Positions 35,849 through 40,005 of a DNA stretch of 40,005 nucleotides are shown here, in pieces. This DNA comes from an uncultured Planctomycetaceae bacterium (lineage in GTDB: Bacteria; Planctomycetota; Planctomycetia; Planctomycetales; Planctomycetaceae). The notes beneath the pieces were generated by a model. The model was not told the DNA's origin and searched no databases. It saw only the letters and a list, made by a program, of their open reading frames with translations. The position numbers and the translations under genes were made by a program. Each line of letters opens with the position of its first letter. Position 1 is the stretch's first letter. Where the stretch lies: contig CAYTUE010000028.1 in the NCBI GenBank assembly GCA_964441085.1, positions 1 through 40,005 of the forward strand, written 5' to 3'.

Positions 35849-37462
35849 TCAGACCACCTGAAACGGCACATCCTTACCATTGTCATCTTTGCAAGTGACA
35901 GACAGGTACTCTGGCTTCACATCCGATCGAGACTTAATCGTCACCATAATGTCTCGCTCGTCTTCCAAAGCGATCAATTCTTTTCGCTTACGATTGTTCA
36001 GATCGTTGGCAACTCGGTCATGAGTTTCAATCGTAATCACGGCCACGTCATCATTGCTGCCAGCCGACATCACCAATCGCATGACTTCGATCGTCAGACT
36101 TTCGGCCGTCTTCACCTGACCAACCCCATTACAGCAGGGGCAATCTTCGTACACGCTACGGCGAAGCGAAGGACGAATTCGTTGACGTGTCATTTCAATC
36201 AGACCAAACGGACTGATTCGCAGAACACGTGTGCGCGCTCGGTCTCGCTTTACAGCGTTTCTCAAAGCACGTTCCACGCTGCGCCGATGTCGCTCGTCTC
36301 GCATATCGATAAAGTCATTCACGATGACCCCACCCAAGTCTCGCAAACGAATCTGACGAGCAATTTCTTCGGCCGCTCGCATATTCATACGATACGCCGT
36401 TTCTTCGGCATCGTTGGCGACTCGAAAGTTACCGCTGTTCACATCAATCGCAACCAAGGCTTCGGTTTGATCGATGACAAGTGAACCACCGCCATCCAAA
36501 GGCACGTTGCGGTCCTGAATGCGAACGATTTCGTCTTCGATTCCGTAGAACGCAAACATCGGTTCTGGTTCGTTGTATCGCTTGATGCGACTGACGTGCT
36601 TGGGCATCACAATCTTCATGAATTCGCGAGCCTTTTCATAGGCCGCGTCTTCGTCGATCCAGACTGCATCCACTTCTTTGTTGTAGATGTCACGAATCGT
36701 ACGAATCATCATGTCGGATTCAGCGTAGATTTCGCATGGCCCCGTTGTCGACTTGATCTTTTCAACAATCGTTTCCCAAAGCCGTAACAGGTACTTCAAG
36801 TCACGTTTCAGGTCTTTTTCATCGCGGTCAACTCCAGCGGTTCGCACGATAAAACCCAAGCCCGGTGGTGGCTGGATATTTCGCATTGCGTCACGAAGCT
36901 GTCGGCGAGCTTTTTCATCCACGATCTTCCGGCTAATGCCAACTCGCTGCAAACCGGGCATCAACACCAAGTAGCGACCTGGAATTGAAATATAAGTGGA
37001 AAGAGTGGGGCCTTTATTACCAAGCCCTTCTTTGATCACCTGCACGAGAACTTCGCTACCGCGTTGAAAGATCTCCTGAATCGGAGGCTTATTGCGAGCA
37101 TTGCGTTCGTTCAGATGCTTGGGAGGTCGGCCACCACGACCGCGTTGACCACCGCGTTCTGATGAATCACCGTCTTCGTCATCATCATCAGCCGGATTGC
37201 CTTCGCCATCCTTCATCAAATGTTTGTAGTACTGAAATTCAACATCACTGACATGCAGGAAGCCATTTCGTCCGACTCCAAAGTCGATAAAGGCGGCCTG
37301 AATACTGGGTTCGATGTTGACCACCTTCCCCTTGTAAATATTGCCCGTGTAGTTTTCGGCGCTTGTGCGTTCGACGTACAGTTCTTCTAGAACTCCGTCT
37401 TCAACAACTGCAATTCGGCTTTCTTCCGGTTGCAGTACATTGACCAGCATTTCTTTCTTCAT
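35849..37462 (-). CDS. Rne/Rng family ribonuclease (RNase G-length)
   Basis: GNIYKGKV...QAAFIDFG...GFLH (S1 domain), VQVIKE..GNKGP, IDVNSG, RLRDLGGVIVNDFIDM, and the Zn-link CPCC.G.G. Confidence 0.96.
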   Translation of the reverse strand: MKKEMLVNVLQPEESRIAVVEDGVLEELYVERTSAENYTGNIYKGKVVNIEPSIQAAFIDFGVGRNGFLHVSDVEFQYYKHLMKDGEGNPADDDDEDGDSSERGGQRGRGGRPPKHLNERNARNKPPIQEIFQRGSEVLVQVIKEGLGNKGPTLSTYISIPGRYLVLMPGLQRVGISRKIVDEKARRQLRDAMRNIQPPPGLGFIVRTAGVDRDEKDLKRDLKYLLRLWETIVEKIKSTTGPCEIYAESDMMIRTIRDIYNKEVDAVWIDEDAAYEKAREFMKIVMPKHVSRIKRYNEPEPMFAFYGIEDEIVRIQDRNVPLDGGGSLVIDQTEALVAIDVNSGNFRVANDAEETAYRMNMRAAEEIARQIRLRDLGGVIVNDFIDMRDERHRRSVERALRNAVKRDRARTRVLRISPFGLIEMTRQRIRPSLRRSVYEDCPCCNGVGQVKTAESLTIEVMRLVMSAGSNDDVAVITIETHDRVANDLNNRKRKELIALEDERDIMVTIKSRSDVKPEYLSVTCKDDNGKDVPFQVV

Positions 37463-37923
37463 GTTTTCAGCTTTCGTTCCTATGAACGAACACCAAACGT
37501 GCCAGAACGGGTCAGTTGGAAAAAGAAAAATTGGCGCTGCCGTGACTTCGTTTCAGACGTGTTGGAAAAGAATGCTCTTCCCATTTCAGTCGATCTCAAA
37601 ATCTCATCTGTACATGAGTCGCTCTGCACAATGTCAGATCGACACAATGTCAATCTTGCACGATGTTTGCTTCTGCCAACTCGGTCAAACCACAAGCCTT
37701 CAAGCAGCAATTCGCCACTTAAAAAATTTGCTGGATCTGTACCAACTGACAGAATCTTTCACTATGCAATGCTGTCTGGAATCGACCGTGATCAAAAGCT
37801 GATCATGGGCATCACAGAAACAGATTCATTGTTCACCTACCGGAACCTTCTCAGGGAAGGAATCAACAGACAAACGACGGCTTTCAAGGCACCTTTCTTT
37901 TTCTAACAACGATCTGCAAACGC

Positions 37924-37949
37924 CGAGCATCTGCAGATGCGGATGCTCG
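37924..37949. terminator. Hairpin downstream of ptsI (possible terminator or processing stem)
   Basis: CGAGCATCTGC-AGAT-GCGGATGCTCG, 11-bp stem. Confidence 0.55.
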
Positions 37950-38069
37950 TTCAAACCTGCTTCATAAAAGCCCTTTCAGCTGTCTGCCGAAGGTCAATTT
38001 GTGAAACCTAATTTGTGTGTTCATTCTGAGTGAATGGGTGAACGACCATGAAAGACCGTTCGTGGTATG

Positions 38070-39818
38070 TCAAACAACGAGATCCGGACAGAATCTGCCC
38101 AGCTCTCCTAAAAGGTAATGTTCTACGTCCCGAGCCAGATCCAGTTCGCAAGCGTAGGCCGCGATTCGTTCTGCTTCGGGAATGGATATATTTCGTACGA
38201 CTTCTTTCAGTCGAGGTATGGAATGTGGGATTGCGCTAAACTGCCTGAGACCCAGCCCAAGCAGAAGCGGCACAAATCGAGGATCGGAACTCATCTGACC
38301 ACAGACAGAAACCGGTTTTCCCTCATCTTTCGCCGCTTGTAGCACCTTCTTAATCATTCTGAGAATGGAAGGATCGCCAGAACGGTACAAATTTGCAACT
38401 GAAGGATCAGAACGGTCGCAGGCCAAGGTGTACTGAATGAGGTCATTTGTGCCAATCGAGAAAAAATCGATCTCACGAGCAAACTCTTCAATCAACATCA
38501 CAGCCGATGGCACTTCGACCATCATTCCCACGGGAATTCCCCGCTGAAATGGGATTTTTTCGTCCTCAAGGTCCTCCATTACGTCCGTCAAGATCATGCG
38601 CGCTTGACGGAATTCAAGTAATGTCGACACCAAGGGGAACATAATTTTTGCTTGCCCCGTCAATGCTGCTCGCAAAAGTGCTCGCAACTGAATTTTAAAC
38701 AACGATGTGTTTTGCAGGCTTAATCGAACACTGCGAAGACTTAACATCGGGTTTTGACTCGCAATAAACCGCTCTGAAACCTGAGACGGCACTTTGTCTG
38801 CCCCCAGATCCAACGTCCGAAAGACAACCGGGCGGTCACCACAAGCCTTCAAAACCTTGCAATAGGCATCGTAGTGGTCTTCTTCTGTGGGCTCCGCATT
38901 GCCATTTAAGTACAAAAATTCGGTACGATACAAACCGACACCGTCTGCACCTCGATTGATGCAGGATTCGACTTCTTCGGGAAATTCAATGTTCCCATGC
39001 AGCAAAATACGCTGTCCATCAGTGGTTTCGGCGTCCAGCTCACCCAAATCATCCAAACGGCGACGTACACGAACATTGCGGTCTCGAGACGTTCGAAAAC
39101 GCTCGTAACTACTTTCATCGGGCTCAATGATGACCTGACCATGGTCACCATCAAGAATCACCATCTCGCCGCCGCTCACACCCGCAAGACATTTCCCCAG
39201 TCCTACGACGGCGGGAATTTCTAATGCTCCAGCCAAAATGGCCGTGTGGCTGGTGTGACCACCGACTTCGGTCGCAAAGCCCAGTACAAATTCGGTGTTC
39301 AAACGAGCTGTTTCACCGGGTGTCAAATCGTGAGCCAAAATCACGACAGGTTCCGTTAAATTGCTCAGTTCCTCACGGCTTTCGCCAAGCAGGTTTCTCA
39401 GCAGCCGCTTTTCGAGTTCAAAAATATCTAAAGCTCGATCAGACAAGTACTTATCACCCAGCTTTTGCAGCTGAACTGCGTATTGACGCAACGTCTTGCT
39501 CACCGCGTATTCTGGAGAATAACACTGGTCTTGAATCAACTGCGTGACTTCACCGACCAGCCGTGGGTCGCGGGCCATCTGCAAATGAGCCGAAAAGATG
39601 GCTCCATACTGACTGCCCAACTGATGGCTCACCAACATTTCGTTGTCTTCGATTTCGCTGCAGACTTTATCAAGAGCCGCGTGAAATCGTTCGGTTTCTG
39701 CTTGGACGACGTCTTTCTGGACATAGCGATGCGGAATCCGAAATTGCTCTGAGCCCAGCACTAACGCTGGCCCCTCAACAACACCGGGAGACACTGGAAT
39801 TCCAGATCGTACCTGCAT
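38070..39818 (-). CDS. ptsI: Phosphoenolpyruvate-protein phosphotransferase (PTS enzyme I)
   Basis: GGHTSHTAI phospho-His, GVGLYRTEFLY, RTLDLGADK, MVEVP, FSIGTNDLIQY, SVCGQM. Confidence 0.97.
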   Translation of the reverse strand: MQVRSGIPVSPGVVEGPALVLGSEQFRIPHRYVQKDVVQAETERFHAALDKVCSEIEDNEMLVSHQLGSQYGAIFSAHLQMARDPRLVGEVTQLIQDQCYSPEYAVSKTLRQYAVQLQKLGDKYLSDRALDIFELEKRLLRNLLGESREELSNLTEPVVILAHDLTPGETARLNTEFVLGFATEVGGHTSHTAILAGALEIPAVVGLGKCLAGVSGGEMVILDGDHGQVIIEPDESSYERFRTSRDRNVRVRRRLDDLGELDAETTDGQRILLHGNIEFPEEVESCINRGADGVGLYRTEFLYLNGNAEPTEEDHYDAYCKVLKACGDRPVVFRTLDLGADKVPSQVSERFIASQNPMLSLRSVRLSLQNTSLFKIQLRALLRAALTGQAKIMFPLVSTLLEFRQARMILTDVMEDLEDEKIPFQRGIPVGMMVEVPSAVMLIEEFAREIDFFSIGTNDLIQYTLACDRSDPSVANLYRSGDPSILRMIKKVLQAAKDEGKPVSVCGQMSSDPRFVPLLLGLGLRQFSAIPHSIPRLKEVVRNISIPEAERIAAYACELDLARDVEHYLLGELGRFCPDLVV

Positions 39819-40005
39819 CGAGTTCCCTGCCCTTTCTACAAAACGAACCGACCGACCAAACCAATCAAACCTGAATCAAGCAAGCCAATCGGCGATCGAA
39901 TCAGTATTTCACCACTCAACACGAAGTGGAAATCCCAGCTTCAGCATTCCGAACAACGCTGTCCATACTCGGAACACAAAACCCGTGCGACCGAACTGTC
40001 TTGCT

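Noticed and set aside
37430-37906. ORFs of 76-158 aa in the ptsI-rne gap, including a possible radical-SAM-linked gene remnant
   Set aside because: The longer ones are antisense and overlap the rne start; minus-strand frames I translated are interrupted by stops and show no recognisable motif.

Overview
Core chromosomal region of a Planctomycetota bacterium; the Planctomycetaceae-like assignment is inferred from the EF-Tu effector loop, L33, sigma factor and alpha/alpha-barrel proteins. It holds the tRNA-Thr/Tyr/Gly/Thr-tuf-rpmG-tRNA-Trp operon, an unusual multi-HTH sigma-70 factor, ispG, polA, a DeaD-type helicase with a ~345-aa low-complexity N-terminus and dinB. It continues with a Ser/Thr kinase / P-loop ATPase / arrestin-like cluster, an aldo-keto reductase, a catalytically degenerate M14 peptidase, a transglutaminase-ExbD-TonB-like alpha/alpha-barrel cluster, a GT2 enzyme, rplU, an RNase E/G and ptsI. 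The most notable stretch is 16.67-18.76 kb, which the ORF track does not explain. It contains a Uma2 nuclease remnant, an atypical CCA-encoding tRNA-like gene (anticodon CAT, two acceptor-stem mismatches), ~440 nt of densely hairpinned non-coding sequence ending in an SD-sequestering stem, and a soluble slipin/SPFH protein with three tandem N-terminal repeats, closed by a strong terminator. This looks like a stand-alone tRNA-like/ncRNA + SPFH unit of the kind usually found in RNA-repair (RtcB/Ro60) operons, but the repair enzymes are absent. No CRISPR array, rRNA, prophage or intact IS was seen. All calls are from motif reading by eye; no searches were run.
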